A stretch of 64,000 nt of DNA from Escherichia coli (GCA_902500125.1 GCA_902500125.1_4132.1), one strand, 5' to 3'. Positions 44,508 through 51,754 are shown, numbered from the stretch's first letter. Made by a program: numbers and translations. The notes: generated from the letters alone by a model not told the origin.

Positions 44508-44864
44508 ATGGGAATACAACATATCACGCGTACTACTGACAATGGAGAGATCACTGGTTATCAGGTACAGGGCAAAGTAGCACAATTGCAGTACTGGTTT
44601 GTTAAACGTGGAATCATTGCACCGGATCTTGATTATGACCGTGTAGCGTTTATTGATTCTCTTTATGTTGATCCTGATAGTCGGGGCAATGGTGAAGGTA
44701 ACGAATTAATGAATGCCTTTATCGATGCCGCCGATGATTCAGATTGTATCATCTTAGAATGCGATACGGGAGAAGATAACGCCTTTAATCTTAAAGAATG
44801 GTACGAAGGTTTCGGATTCGAGGTATTGATAGATAGTGAATATCCTATCATGATTTTATCATAG
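44508..44864 (+). CDS. small GNAT-family acetyltransferase-like protein (118 aa)
   Basis: VDPDSRGNGEGNELMNAF (acetyl-CoA motif A-like R/Q-x-x-G-x-G) and ...KEWYEGFGFE; RBS TGAGGATAGTAATCATG. Confidence 0.5.
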   Translation: MGIQHITRTTDNGEITGYQVQGKVAQLQYWFVKRGIIAPDLDYDRVAFIDSLYVDPDSRGNGEGNELMNAFIDAADDSDCIILECDTGEDNAFNLKEWYEGFGFEVLIDSEYPIMILS

Positions 44865-44867
44865 TAC

Positions 44868-44924
44868 TTGCATTTAGTTTTCAGTACTGTTATAGTACTT
44901 GCATCAAGGGGAAACATCTTCCCC
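44868..44924 (+). promoter_or_regulatory. early cassette promoter (TTGCAT...TATAGT) + hairpin GGGGAAACATCTTCCCC
   Basis: -10 non-consensus. Confidence 0.45.
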
Positions 44925-44942
44925 TACTAAGAGGAAATAAAA

Positions 44943-45131
44943 ATGGAAAACTTATCAAGTATTTTAGTACAAGATGATTTCGGTAATCCTGGAAGTGCTA
45001 TCATTGTTCGGGGCAATAAAGCAACGTTTGTTATTGCTGGTGGACCCGTACAGCGTAGCATTAAAAATAATGCTGTTACCATTAATAATGTACGCTATCG
45101 CTTAGATAAAGAATTAATTCATAAACTGTAA
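44943..45131 (+). CDS. hypothetical early protein (62 aa)
   Basis: RBS TAAGAGGAAATAAAAATG. Confidence 0.55.
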   Translation: MENLSSILVQDDFGNPGSAIIVRGNKATFVIAGGPVQRSIKNNAVTINNVRYRLDKELIHKL

Positions 45132-45138
45132 AAAAGTA

Positions 45139-45200
45139 CTGGATAATAGATTATAGTACTGTATAATAGTTTACATGAAGGGGAGAAATGATTCTCCCCA
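45139..45200 (+). promoter_or_regulatory. early cassette promoter (weak -35, TGTATAAT) + hairpin GGGGAGAAATGATTCTCCCC
   Basis: Extended -10; third occurrence of this hairpin sequence. Confidence 0.5.
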
Positions 45201-45216
45201 CTAAGAGGAAAGAAAA

Positions 45217-45429
45217 ATGCAAGGTCAACTAATCGTTCGTAAATGGTCTGATACTAACGAAAAACCGTGGGATGTACAATACATCGCCCCCAATGGTGAA
45301 TCCAGATATCAACCAGGTGTAACGCATAGTACTGAGCAATTCGCCGCCGCTCATCGCGAACGTCTGTTACAATCAATGCAGCAAGGTTTCGGTGAAAAAT
45401 TCATTCAGGATCATTGGCTGAAAGATTAA
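45217..45429 (+). CDS. hypothetical early protein (70 aa)
   Basis: RBS TAAGAGGAAAGAAAAATG. Confidence 0.55.
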   Translation: MQGQLIVRKWSDTNEKPWDVQYIAPNGESRYQPGVTHSTEQFAAAHRERLLQSMQQGFGEKFIQDHWLKD

Positions 45430-45436
45430 AAAGTAC

Positions 45437-45494
45437 TTGCACTGTACTGAATAAAGTGTATAATGTTTTATATCGGAAGGGGAATAGTTCCCCT
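45437..45494 (+). promoter_or_regulatory. early cassette promoter + hairpin GGGGAATAGTTCCCC
   Basis: TTGCAC-N16-TGTATAAT. Confidence 0.6.
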
Positions 45495-45515
45495 CCTAAC
45501 AAAGAGGAAAGTATA

Positions 45516-45689
45516 ATGGTCCAGGTAGAATTAACAGTACTGAAAGATCTGTTTTATCGGATTGGTACTACTGGCGAATATCCGAAGGGTGATAATGCAA
45601 AACTTTACGTATCACTCGACTTATGGCAACGCGAACAATTAGCAACGGCCTGGCGTAAAGGCAAAGCAGATAGCGAGGTGAAAGCATGA
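45516..45689 (+). CDS. small hypothetical protein (57 aa)
   Basis: RBS AAAGAGGAAAGTATAATG after the hairpin. Confidence 0.5.
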   Translation: MVQVELTVLKDLFYRIGTTGEYPKGDNAKLYVSLDLWQREQLATAWRKGKADSEVKA

Positions 45690-45835
45690 AAGAATTCTTA
45701 TTTGAAGTAGTGTTTCAAGGTGTCGGTAGTAACCAACTGATTCGCTCAAGTGGTTATAATGTTAACCAGGCATGGAATAACATTAAACAAATGTACCCGA
45801 ACGCTATCACCTATCGCAACCCGAAAGAAGTTTAA
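45686..45835 (+). CDS. small hypothetical protein (49 aa)
   Basis: ATGA-coupled ORF MKEFLFEVVFQG...; below the track cutoff. Confidence 0.35.
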   Translation: MKEFLFEVVFQGVGSNQLIRSSGYNVNQAWNNIKQMYPNAITYRNPKEV

Positions 45836-45848
45836 AAATAATTGAAAA

Positions 45849-45880
45849 AGGGATTGACTCCGGTCAGTCCCTTTGCTATT
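45849..45880 (+). terminator. class T2 terminator/promoter element
   Basis: AAAAAGGGATTGACTCCGGTCAGTCCCTTTGCTATTATATACGCATAG. Confidence 0.65.
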
Positions 45881-45982
45881 ATATACGCATAGAAACAAAT
45901 TAGCCCACCGGGTGCATAAATGTATCTATTGTTTGCTGGTGGCTAGTACTATCAAGTACTGAAAACTATTTTTAAAAAGTAC

Positions 45983-46010
45983 TTGCATTGTAATTAGAAT
46001 CAAGTATAAT
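45983..46010 (+). promoter_or_regulatory. early promoter (TTGCAT-N16-TATAAT), upstream of tandem pair
   Basis: Part of a ~170-bp block duplicated from 35823-35990. Confidence 0.6.
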
Positions 46011-46020
46011 GTTTTACATC

Positions 46021-46100
46021 AGGACGGGGAACGAAACAAGTAACCCCGTTAAGTAGTCCAGGAGTAAGACATACGAAAAACTCCCCTGATAAAATAGTTT
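46021..46100 (+). ncRNA. structured leader/candidate small RNA (copy 2)
   Basis: Copy of 35881-35960 with stem-compatible substitutions (ACGGGGAACGAAACAAGTAACCCCGTT). Confidence 0.35.
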
Positions 46101-46126
46101 GACAATAGAAAGTAAACGAGTATAAT
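46099..46126 (+). promoter_or_regulatory. promoter TTGACA-N16-TATAAT (downstream of pair)
   Basis: TTGACAATAGAAAGTAAACGAGTATAATAC. Confidence 0.6.
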
Positions 46127-46159
46127 ACTTACATCAACCACTGATAAGGAAACATTAAA

Positions 46160-46435
46160 ATGCGGATTCTACTGACAGCTAACGAAATCGAACAAGTACT
46201 GACTACTAACCTGGAACAATGGAAACGTGATGCAGATATCCAGGCGGTTCAATGGCTTAACGATAAGTTAACGCCGGATGACTTAAGCAAGATTGTAGAT
46301 CCTCAATTCTACGAAGATATTCACGACACGGCTTTAAGCGTCGAGGATGTACTTGATAAGCATTACATTAATACCGATTTACAGGTTTACGGGCGTAAAA
46401 ACTTTATCACTATTCACGACATTTACAATACTTAA
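46160..46435 (+). CDS. hypothetical early protein (91 aa)
   Basis: RBS TAAGGAAACATTAAAATG. Confidence 0.6.
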   Translation: MRILLTANEIEQVLTTNLEQWKRDADIQAVQWLNDKLTPDDLSKIVDPQFYEDIHDTALSVEDVLDKHYINTDLQVYGRKNFITIHDIYNT

Positions 46436-46438
46436 GTA

Positions 46439-46497
46439 TTGACAAAGTATCTTAGTACTGTATAATAGTTTACATCAAGGCGGGGAAATGGTTCCCC
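46439..46497 (+). promoter_or_regulatory. early cassette promoter (TTGACA-N16-TGTATAAT) + hairpin CGGGGAAATGGTTCCCCT
   Basis: Consensus promoter. Confidence 0.65.
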
Positions 46498-46522
46498 TCC
46501 TAACAAAGAGAGAGAAATAAAA

Positions 46523-46846
46523 ATGGCTATGATCCTTACCCAGAAAGTGGAATTGAAAATTGTAACCTCCTTTGACATTAAAGTTAATCGCTGGACTGAT
46601 CGGAACGGCAATACTTACCACTCTTGCTACGTGTCTGCGTTAATTGGCGACCGCTGGGAAGACCTGGGACACGAAACCTTTACATACGGTTACGGTACGC
46701 AAGGCGAATACACTGGTTTGGAGATCATTAAAGAAACCGTTATAGGTTTCAACCCGAAAGAAAAAGTTATGCACCGCATCGAAAAAGAGATTAACAAAGA
46801 AATAACAGTTCGCTACTACGATGTAAAACGTAAGAAAGACATGTAA
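46523..46846 (+). CDS. hypothetical early protein (107 aa); paralog of 40543
   Basis: RBS AGAGAGAGAAATAAAAATG. Confidence 0.6.
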   Translation: MAMILTQKVELKIVTSFDIKVNRWTDRNGNTYHSCYVSALIGDRWEDLGHETFTYGYGTQGEYTGLEIIKETVIGFNPKEKVMHRIEKEINKEITVRYYDVKRKKDM

Positions 46847-46868
46847 TAGAATCCATTTAAAGTACTAT

Positions 46869-46897
46869 TTGACATTGCCCAGATAGTACTTTATAAT
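46869..46897 (+). promoter_or_regulatory. promoter TTGACA-N17-TATAAT
   Basis: TTGACATTGCCCAGATAGTACTTTATAAT. Confidence 0.6.
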
Positions 46898-46941
46898 AGA
46901 CTCTAACTTGTAGTACTAACTCAACTAATAGGATGTATACC

Positions 46942-47337
46942 ATGATTACTAAATTCTACGCTACCCGTGAAGCTGCCCGTATTGTTGCACGCGAGGAAGG
47001 AGCAGCATTTAAAGACATGGGAACGACAGCACCGAAAGGTCAACGCTGGGCCGTACAGTTCAAAGAAATCTCTGATATTGTGAATTCACCTGAGCCAGTA
47101 CTAACAGCAGCAGAACTAAAACGAGCGGATATGCTGGCGGCAATACTTGACGCACAAGATGAGTTTATCGCTGATTCTGATATCAAAGTACAGGTAAACC
47201 ACACCGCATGGACTCACGCGGATCACCTGGCAAACCTTAAGCGTCCAAGTGAACTGATTCGCAACCAGAAAGAGATCCGACATGATCGTAAGGGTAATCG
47301 TGTAACAGTATACAGTAAACGCCGCCAGGTTATCTAA
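46942..47337 (+). CDS. hypothetical protein (~131 aa); paralog of 35010
   Basis: MITKFYATREAARIVAREEGAAFKDMG...DRKGNRVTVY; RBS TAGGATGTATACCATG. Confidence 0.55.
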   Translation: MITKFYATREAARIVAREEGAAFKDMGTTAPKGQRWAVQFKEISDIVNSPEPVLTAAELKRADMLAAILDAQDEFIADSDIKVQVNHTAWTHADHLANLKRPSELIRNQKEIRHDRKGNRVTVYSKRRQVI

Positions 47338-47359
47338 TAACTTGCAGTACTAACAACAC

Positions 47360-47385
47360 GGCGGGATCAGTTCCCGCCTTTTTTA
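47360..47385 (+). terminator. rho-independent terminator (GGCGGGA-TCAG-TTCCCGCC + T6)
   Basis: Hairpin followed by TTTTTTA. Confidence 0.7.
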
Positions 47386-47398
47386 TAGGACAAACAAA

Positions 47399-47653
47399 AT
47401 GATTAAGGTTCAACTATATAAAGATAACATCTTACGGGTACACTATAAAGCACCGAAGAGAATCATCACAAAGGCCGTACAGCTTGCTAATGAGTTTATT
47501 AATGGTAACCTATTACCAAGGAAGTTAAGCAACGGGAAACTGCGTGTAATCGACGTGGACACTAACAACAGGATAGTAATCGAGAACACAGGAAAAATAA
47601 ACCTTTATGAGCATCAACAATACAATAAGAAAATAAAACTAATATCACGTTGA
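47399..47653 (+). CDS. hypothetical protein (84 aa)
   Basis: RBS ATAGGACAAACAAAATG. Confidence 0.55.
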   Translation: MIKVQLYKDNILRVHYKAPKRIITKAVQLANEFINGNLLPRKLSNGKLRVIDVDTNNRIVIENTGKINLYEHQQYNKKIKLISR

Positions 47654-47679
47654 CAGTACTCAAATGTTTTAGTATTATG
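47650..47679 (+). promoter_or_regulatory. promoter TTGACA-N18-TATTAT (duplicated block, copy 1)
   Basis: TTGACAGTACTCAAATGTTTTAGTATTATG. Confidence 0.5.
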
Positions 47680-47706
47680 TACACATACCAACACGGGAGA
47701 AACAAA

Positions 47707-47925
47707 ATGAAATTATCTAAAATCGAAAAGAAAACTATTGATGAAGCAGTTAAGCACGGTTATACCTTTCGTAATGATTCACATTTTACCAATTTTCAAC
47801 AGGGGTATCGTACTATTAAAAAACTAATTGACAAAGGTTTATTAGTTGAAGTCAATAATGGGAACGGTATCGAGTATCAGCCAACCCAAGACGCATTATC
47901 TTTAAAGAAATATAATATTATCTAA
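47707..47925 (+). CDS. hypothetical protein (72 aa)
   Basis: RBS ACGGGAGAAACAAAATG. Confidence 0.55.
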   Translation: MKLSKIEKKTIDEAVKHGYTFRNDSHFTNFQQGYRTIKKLIDKGLLVEVNNGNGIEYQPTQDALSLKKYNII

Positions 47926-47953
47926 TTGACAGTACTCAAATGTTTTAGTACTA
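47926..47953 (+). promoter_or_regulatory. promoter (duplicated block, copy 2)
   Basis: TTGACAGTACTCAAATGTTTTAGTACTAT. Confidence 0.45.
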
Positions 47954-47983
47954 TATGTACATACCAACACGGGGAAAAACAAA

Positions 47984-48226
47984 ATGATTACTTTAGAAAA
48001 ACGTATCAAAGAAACTACATCGCTGGTGGAATTGTTAACAGTACTCAAATGTAAAACAACACCATTCAGCACGCCGGACTTTATTAATATGGTTGATGTT
48101 AATGGTCGCTATCGTATCACGGTCGAACAAGGAGCGGCGAAAGTATTCAGTACTAAAAACACGAAGGAAGTGATCCACGCCGTTAATGTTAAAAAAGTAG
48201 TTGCCATTGATAGTAAAGTACTGTAA
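47984..48226 (+). CDS. hypothetical protein (80 aa)
   Basis: RBS ACGGGGAAAAACAAAATG. Confidence 0.55.
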   Translation: MITLEKRIKETTSLVELLTVLKCKTTPFSTPDFINMVDVNGRYRITVEQGAAKVFSTKNTKEVIHAVNVKKVVAIDSKVL

Positions 48227-48257
48227 TATAGTTTCATTAACTCAAGGAGAACATGCA

Positions 48258-48842
48258 ATGCGTAATTATACTAAATTCATCCGTACACTGTCAGAAATGG
48301 AAACCAACAAAGAGATCCTTTCAGCTTGTCGGTTAGCTGGCCTGGAGATCATCGGTGCTGGTTCTTCCCGTATAGTTTTCGCTTTAAATGATCGGTTAGT
48401 GATTAAGGTCGCGAATTGTGATGCGGGTGTAGAACAAAATGAAACTGAATGTAAGGTATGGAATTTTTTAGACTATGACCGCCCTCAGTTGAAACAGTAC
48501 TTTGCAAAGGTGCATATGCATTTATGCGATCCTGATAATATGTTTATCGTTATGGATCGGTTGAGTACTGCAAGCAAAGGTAGTGTGAAGCACGTAAACG
48601 CGTGCAATGAATTAAAGTACAATATTAAACGTAATGCAATCGAACGCCAGCACCGCTTTGCTGATGCACTACAACACGTCGATGATACATTATCAACACT
48701 AACGATAAGAGATATCAGAAAACAGAATATCGGCCAGGATCGTAATGGCCTTATTAAAGTACTTGATTACGGTTTAACCTGCAATATCTGGAATCAGTAC
48801 TATAAAAAGCGTGATGTGGCAGCAAGTAAGGTAACACGATAA
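48258..48842 (+). CDS. small protein-kinase-like protein (~194 aa)
   Basis: RBS AAGGAGAACATGCAATG; IIGAGSSRIVF (G-loop), VIKVA, IRDIRKQNIG (catalytic-loop-like), KVLDYG (DFG-like). Confidence 0.6.
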   Translation: MRNYTKFIRTLSEMETNKEILSACRLAGLEIIGAGSSRIVFALNDRLVIKVANCDAGVEQNETECKVWNFLDYDRPQLKQYFAKVHMHLCDPDNMFIVMDRLSTASKGSVKHVNACNELKYNIKRNAIERQHRFADALQHVDDTLSTLTIRDIRKQNIGQDRNGLIKVLDYGLTCNIWNQYYKKRDVAASKVTR

Positions 48843-48855
48843 AAAAGATTAAAAA

Positions 48856-48890
48856 AGGGATTGACTCCGGTCAGTCCCTTTGCTATTATA
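48856..48890 (+). terminator. class T2 terminator/promoter element
   Basis: AAAAAAGGGATTGACTCCGGTCAGTCCCTTTGCTATTATATA. Confidence 0.65.
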
Positions 48891-48983
48891 TATCCATTGA
48901 GAGATAACTCACTGACCCATAGGGTGCGGAAGTGTATCTATTATATAAGTATTCAGTACTGAAAACTATTTTTTAAAAAGTAC

Positions 48984-49046
48984 TTGCATTGTACTTAGAA
49001 TCAAGTATAATGTTTTATATCGAGAGGGGGAAATGGTTCTCCCTGG
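48984..49046 (+). promoter_or_regulatory. early cassette promoter + hairpin GGGGGAAATGGTTCTCCC
   Basis: TTGCAT-N16-TATAAT; preceded by element A. Confidence 0.6.
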
Positions 49047-49065
49047 TATATTAAGGAATAAAATC

Positions 49066-49287
49066 ATGACTACAATGACTTGCATTTACGCTTCCAATCG
49101 TCTGAATGATGCGGCCTTTAATGTTGATTCAGAATATCAATGTTATCGGGATGAAAATAAAAAAGTTTTTGTAGTTGATAATAATGGTTTCCATATTGAA
49201 TTACAATCCGGCTTCACTGGTGTTGATGGTAAATCAGTATGGGGCGTACAGGATGATAAAGGTACATATCATTTTAAACGTAATTAA
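49066..49287 (+). CDS. hypothetical early protein (73 aa)
   Basis: RBS TTAAGGAATAAAATCATG. Confidence 0.55.
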   Translation: MTTMTCIYASNRLNDAAFNVDSEYQCYRDENKKVFVVDNNGFHIELQSGFTGVDGKSVWGVQDDKGTYHFKRN

Positions 49288-49291
49288 GTAT

Positions 49292-49353
49292 TTGACAAAG
49301 TATCTTAGTACTGTATAATAGTTTACATCAAGGGGAGAATAGTTCTCCCCGAT
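49292..49353 (+). promoter_or_regulatory. early cassette promoter (TTGACA-N16-TGTATAAT) + hairpin GGGGAGAATAGTTCTCCCC
   Basis: Consensus promoter. Confidence 0.65.
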
Positions 49354-49371
49354 ACTAAAAGGAATAAAATC

Positions 49372-49776
49372 ATGACTACTACTAATCTTGCTCGGAATAT
49401 CGCCAACGATAAAAATCATGCTGCAATGGTCGCTGGTTACATTGAAGCTATGCAATTCAGTACTGTACATAATGATAACGGCGATTACCTGGAAGATTAT
49501 GAGTTATCTGATGAAGCACGTCAAGCGGCGGTGATTGCATGTTCTCGCTTCATTGAGAAACACGGTAATGATCTGGAAGTAGTTCGCGGTATGTTTATTG
49601 ATTACGGTTATGAGCAAGCTGGTCATGATCTGTTCCTTACCCGCGAAGGTCACGGAACTGGTTTTTGGGATCGTGGTTTAGGTCACTATGGCGATGTATT
49701 CACGAAGTACTGCGAAGAAATCAACGTTTGCGATCCCTATGTAGGCGATGATAACTTAATCTATATGGGCGAATAA
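49372..49776 (+). CDS. hypothetical early protein (134 aa)
   Basis: RBS AAAAGGAATAAAATCATG. Confidence 0.6.
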   Translation: MTTTNLARNIANDKNHAAMVAGYIEAMQFSTVHNDNGDYLEDYELSDEARQAAVIACSRFIEKHGNDLEVVRGMFIDYGYEQAGHDLFLTREGHGTGFWDRGLGHYGDVFTKYCEEINVCDPYVGDDNLIYMGE

Positions 49777-49782
49777 AAGTAT

Positions 49783-49843
49783 TTGACAAAGTATATCAGT
49801 ACTGTATAATAGTTTACATCAAGGGGAGAATAGTTCTCCCCAA
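49783..49843 (+). promoter_or_regulatory. early cassette promoter (TTGACA-N16-TGTATAAT) + hairpin GGGGAGAATAGTTCTCCCC
   Basis: Near-duplicate of the 49292 cassette. Confidence 0.65.
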
Positions 49844-49863
49844 TACTAAAAGGAAACAAAATT

Positions 49864-50136
49864 ATGTCCAGCTACTCCGCTACTATGATCATTAAAGATA
49901 TGAACGGTAATCCTACTTCTGCTGGTGGATCATTTGGAAATATTAACTTAGATGGGCGGTTATCCATGCAATCAGCCATCGATGCAGCGAAAGAAGTTTT
50001 TAAGAATGAATGTACTGTTAGTAAGCTGGATTATATGGGTTTCGCTATCGAGAAAACTACTCGTTTTGTGAACTACAAAAATCCACTGATGATTGATACT
50101 AACCTGAAAGCTAACGAAGTGGGGTACTTATTATGA
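49864..50136 (+). CDS. hypothetical early protein (90 aa)
   Basis: RBS AAAAGGAAACAAAATTATG. Confidence 0.6.
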   Translation: MSSYSATMIIKDMNGNPTSAGGSFGNINLDGRLSMQSAIDAAKEVFKNECTVSKLDYMGFAIEKTTRFVNYKNPLMIDTNLKANEVGYLL

Positions 50137-50324
50137 CAGTAGAAGAAGTAAAAAAAGTACTGGCAGTACTACGATATCATAATCATTGCAAGGTGAAGAA
50201 TGATCCTGATTATCTTGATTCATCCCTGGAGGAAGACACCTTGAACGCTATAAGCCATATGCAGACATTAGCAAAGCGTATGACTGAAAAGAACATGCCG
50301 GACTATATCGGAAATAAAATTTAA
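50133..50324 (+). CDS. hypothetical protein (63 aa)
   Basis: ATGA-coupled. Confidence 0.5.
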   Translation: MTVEEVKKVLAVLRYHNHCKVKNDPDYLDSSLEEDTLNAISHMQTLAKRMTEKNMPDYIGNKI

Positions 50325-50331
50325 AAAGTAC

Positions 50332-50393
50332 TTGCATTGTAGTTAGATTAACGTATAATGTTTTATATCGAGAGGGGGAAATGGTTTCCCCTC
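50332..50393 (+). promoter_or_regulatory. early cassette promoter + hairpin GGGGGAAATGGTTTCCCC
   Basis: TTGCAT-N16-TATAAT. Confidence 0.6.
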
Positions 50394-50411
50394 AAGTCCA
50401 GGAGATACACA

Positions 50412-50675
50412 ATGAACACTATCGAAATCACTATCAATGCACACGTATACGACAACGTAGTACTGCAAACTACTATGACCGCTAATGATACCAGTACTTT
50501 GCGGAATACTGTTATTAGTGCCGTATGTGCTGCAATCGGTGATGTATCCCTGGAAAATGCAGAACATATCAACAACGGTTTCACTATGTGCAAGCGTGAT
50601 AACGCAAAACATATCATCGTGGAAGGTTACGGCGGTGTAGAATTTAATGTTTATATGAAAAAAGTACTTGCATAA
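50412..50675 (+). CDS. hypothetical early protein (87 aa)
   Basis: RBS CCAGGAGATACACAATG. Confidence 0.55.
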   Translation: MNTIEITINAHVYDNVVLQTTMTANDTSTLRNTVISAVCAAIGDVSLENAEHINNGFTMCKRDNAKHIIVEGYGGVEFNVYMKKVLA

Positions 50676-50724
50676 TAACTAAAACAAAGTATAATGTTTT
50701 GCATAGGGGGAGATATCCTCCCCC
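50668..50724 (+). promoter_or_regulatory. early cassette promoter + hairpin GGGGGAGATATCCTCCCCC
   Basis: TTGCAT-N16-TATAAT; overlaps the 3' end of the upstream gene. Confidence 0.55.
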
Positions 50725-50742
50725 ACTAAAAGGAGTAATAAA

Positions 50743-50967
50743 ATGGCTAACTTTGATGAACTGATGCGGGAAGTAGCTAACCTGGCAGAAGAGAAGAAAT
50801 CATTCGATTCTATCTATAACACCGCTCACCGTGATTCAGTACTGGCATGTAACCAGGATCAAAAAGATGAACTAATCGCCACCTATCATGAAGCATGGAA
50901 GTACTACCGACAATGGGAGAAAGAAGAAAGTGAGTCTACCATTGACGGCCTCAATAATCTAATCTAA
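50743..50967 (+). CDS. hypothetical early protein (74 aa)
   Basis: RBS AAAGGAGTAATAAAATG. Confidence 0.6.
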   Translation: MANFDELMREVANLAEEKKSFDSIYNTAHRDSVLACNQDQKDELIATYHEAWKYYRQWEKEESESTIDGLNNLI

Positions 50968-50986
50968 AAGTTTTATTTCAGTACTA

Positions 50987-51016
50987 TTGACATAGCTTGA
51001 TAGTACTGATGTAATA
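50987..51016 (+). promoter_or_regulatory. class-2 promoter (AGTACTATTGACATAGCTTGATAGTACTGATGTAAT)
   Basis: TTGACA-N17-TGTAAT. Confidence 0.5.
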
Positions 51017-51043
51017 ACTTTACTAACTACAAGGGGAAACATA

Positions 51044-51301
51044 ATGGATCAGTTCACACAATATCGGGTAAATCCTCAAGCTATGGCCTACGTAGAAGAC
51101 CATAAAACGTTACCAGTACTGCAACCAGTTAAAGGCCATATCTATCGTGCAATGTCGTGGTGTGCGGCCCAGGATGGCTATAAAACCGTAGCCGTTGGTA
51201 TGTACTGCGGTAATGGTGAATGGTTTGATCCAAATAATCCGGTATCCATTGACAGTACTGAAAAAATGAAATGGGCCGACTACATCGAAGATATTTCATA
51301 A
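51044..51301 (+). CDS. hypothetical protein (85 aa)
   Basis: RBS AAGGGGAAACATAATG. Confidence 0.55.
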   Translation: MDQFTQYRVNPQAMAYVEDHKTLPVLQPVKGHIYRAMSWCAAQDGYKTVAVGMYCGNGEWFDPNNPVSIDSTEKMKWADYIEDIS

Positions 51302-51308
51302 AAACTAT

Positions 51309-51370
51309 TTGACAGTACTAACCAGTAATGTATAATGTTTTACATAGAGCGGGGGAATAGTTCTCCCGCC
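51309..51370 (+). promoter_or_regulatory. early cassette promoter (TTGACA-N16-TATAAT) + hairpin GCGGGGGAATAGTTCTCCCGCC
   Basis: Consensus promoter. Confidence 0.65.
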
Positions 51371-51391
51371 AATAGTTTGGAGTAAAACATT

Positions 51392-51592
51392 ATGTCTATC
51401 GCTATCGCCCTGGTTGAAGTACTGAAAGAAGCTAAAGCCAACCAGATCGACGTAAAGATCCAGGAACTACAAAACGGCTTAATCGGCTGTACTTGTACCG
51501 CTGGTGGAGCGGCAGACTATCGAGAACACGAATCACTCGAATCACTGGTTCGGTATCTTACCATGATCGTTGATGATTGGAGAATCATCTAA
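51392..51592 (+). CDS. hypothetical early protein (66 aa)
   Basis: RBS TTGGAGTAAAACATTATG. Confidence 0.55.
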   Translation: MSIAIALVEVLKEAKANQIDVKIQELQNGLIGCTCTAGGAADYREHESLESLVRYLTMIVDDWRII

Positions 51593-51608
51593 CAAAAAAG
51601 AATAAAAA

Positions 51609-51640
51609 AGGGATTGACTCCGGTCAGTCCCTTTGCTATT
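51609..51640 (+). terminator. class T2 terminator/promoter element
   Basis: AAAAAGGGATTGACTCCGGTCAGTCCCTTTGCTATTATATACGCATAG. Confidence 0.65.
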
Positions 51641-51754
51641 ATATACGCATAGACAAAAACTAGCCCACAGGGTGCATAGGTGTATCCAAAATATATAGTT
51701 AATAACGGTGAGTAACTATCTGCTGGTGGAACTAAAACTATTAATAAAAAAGTA

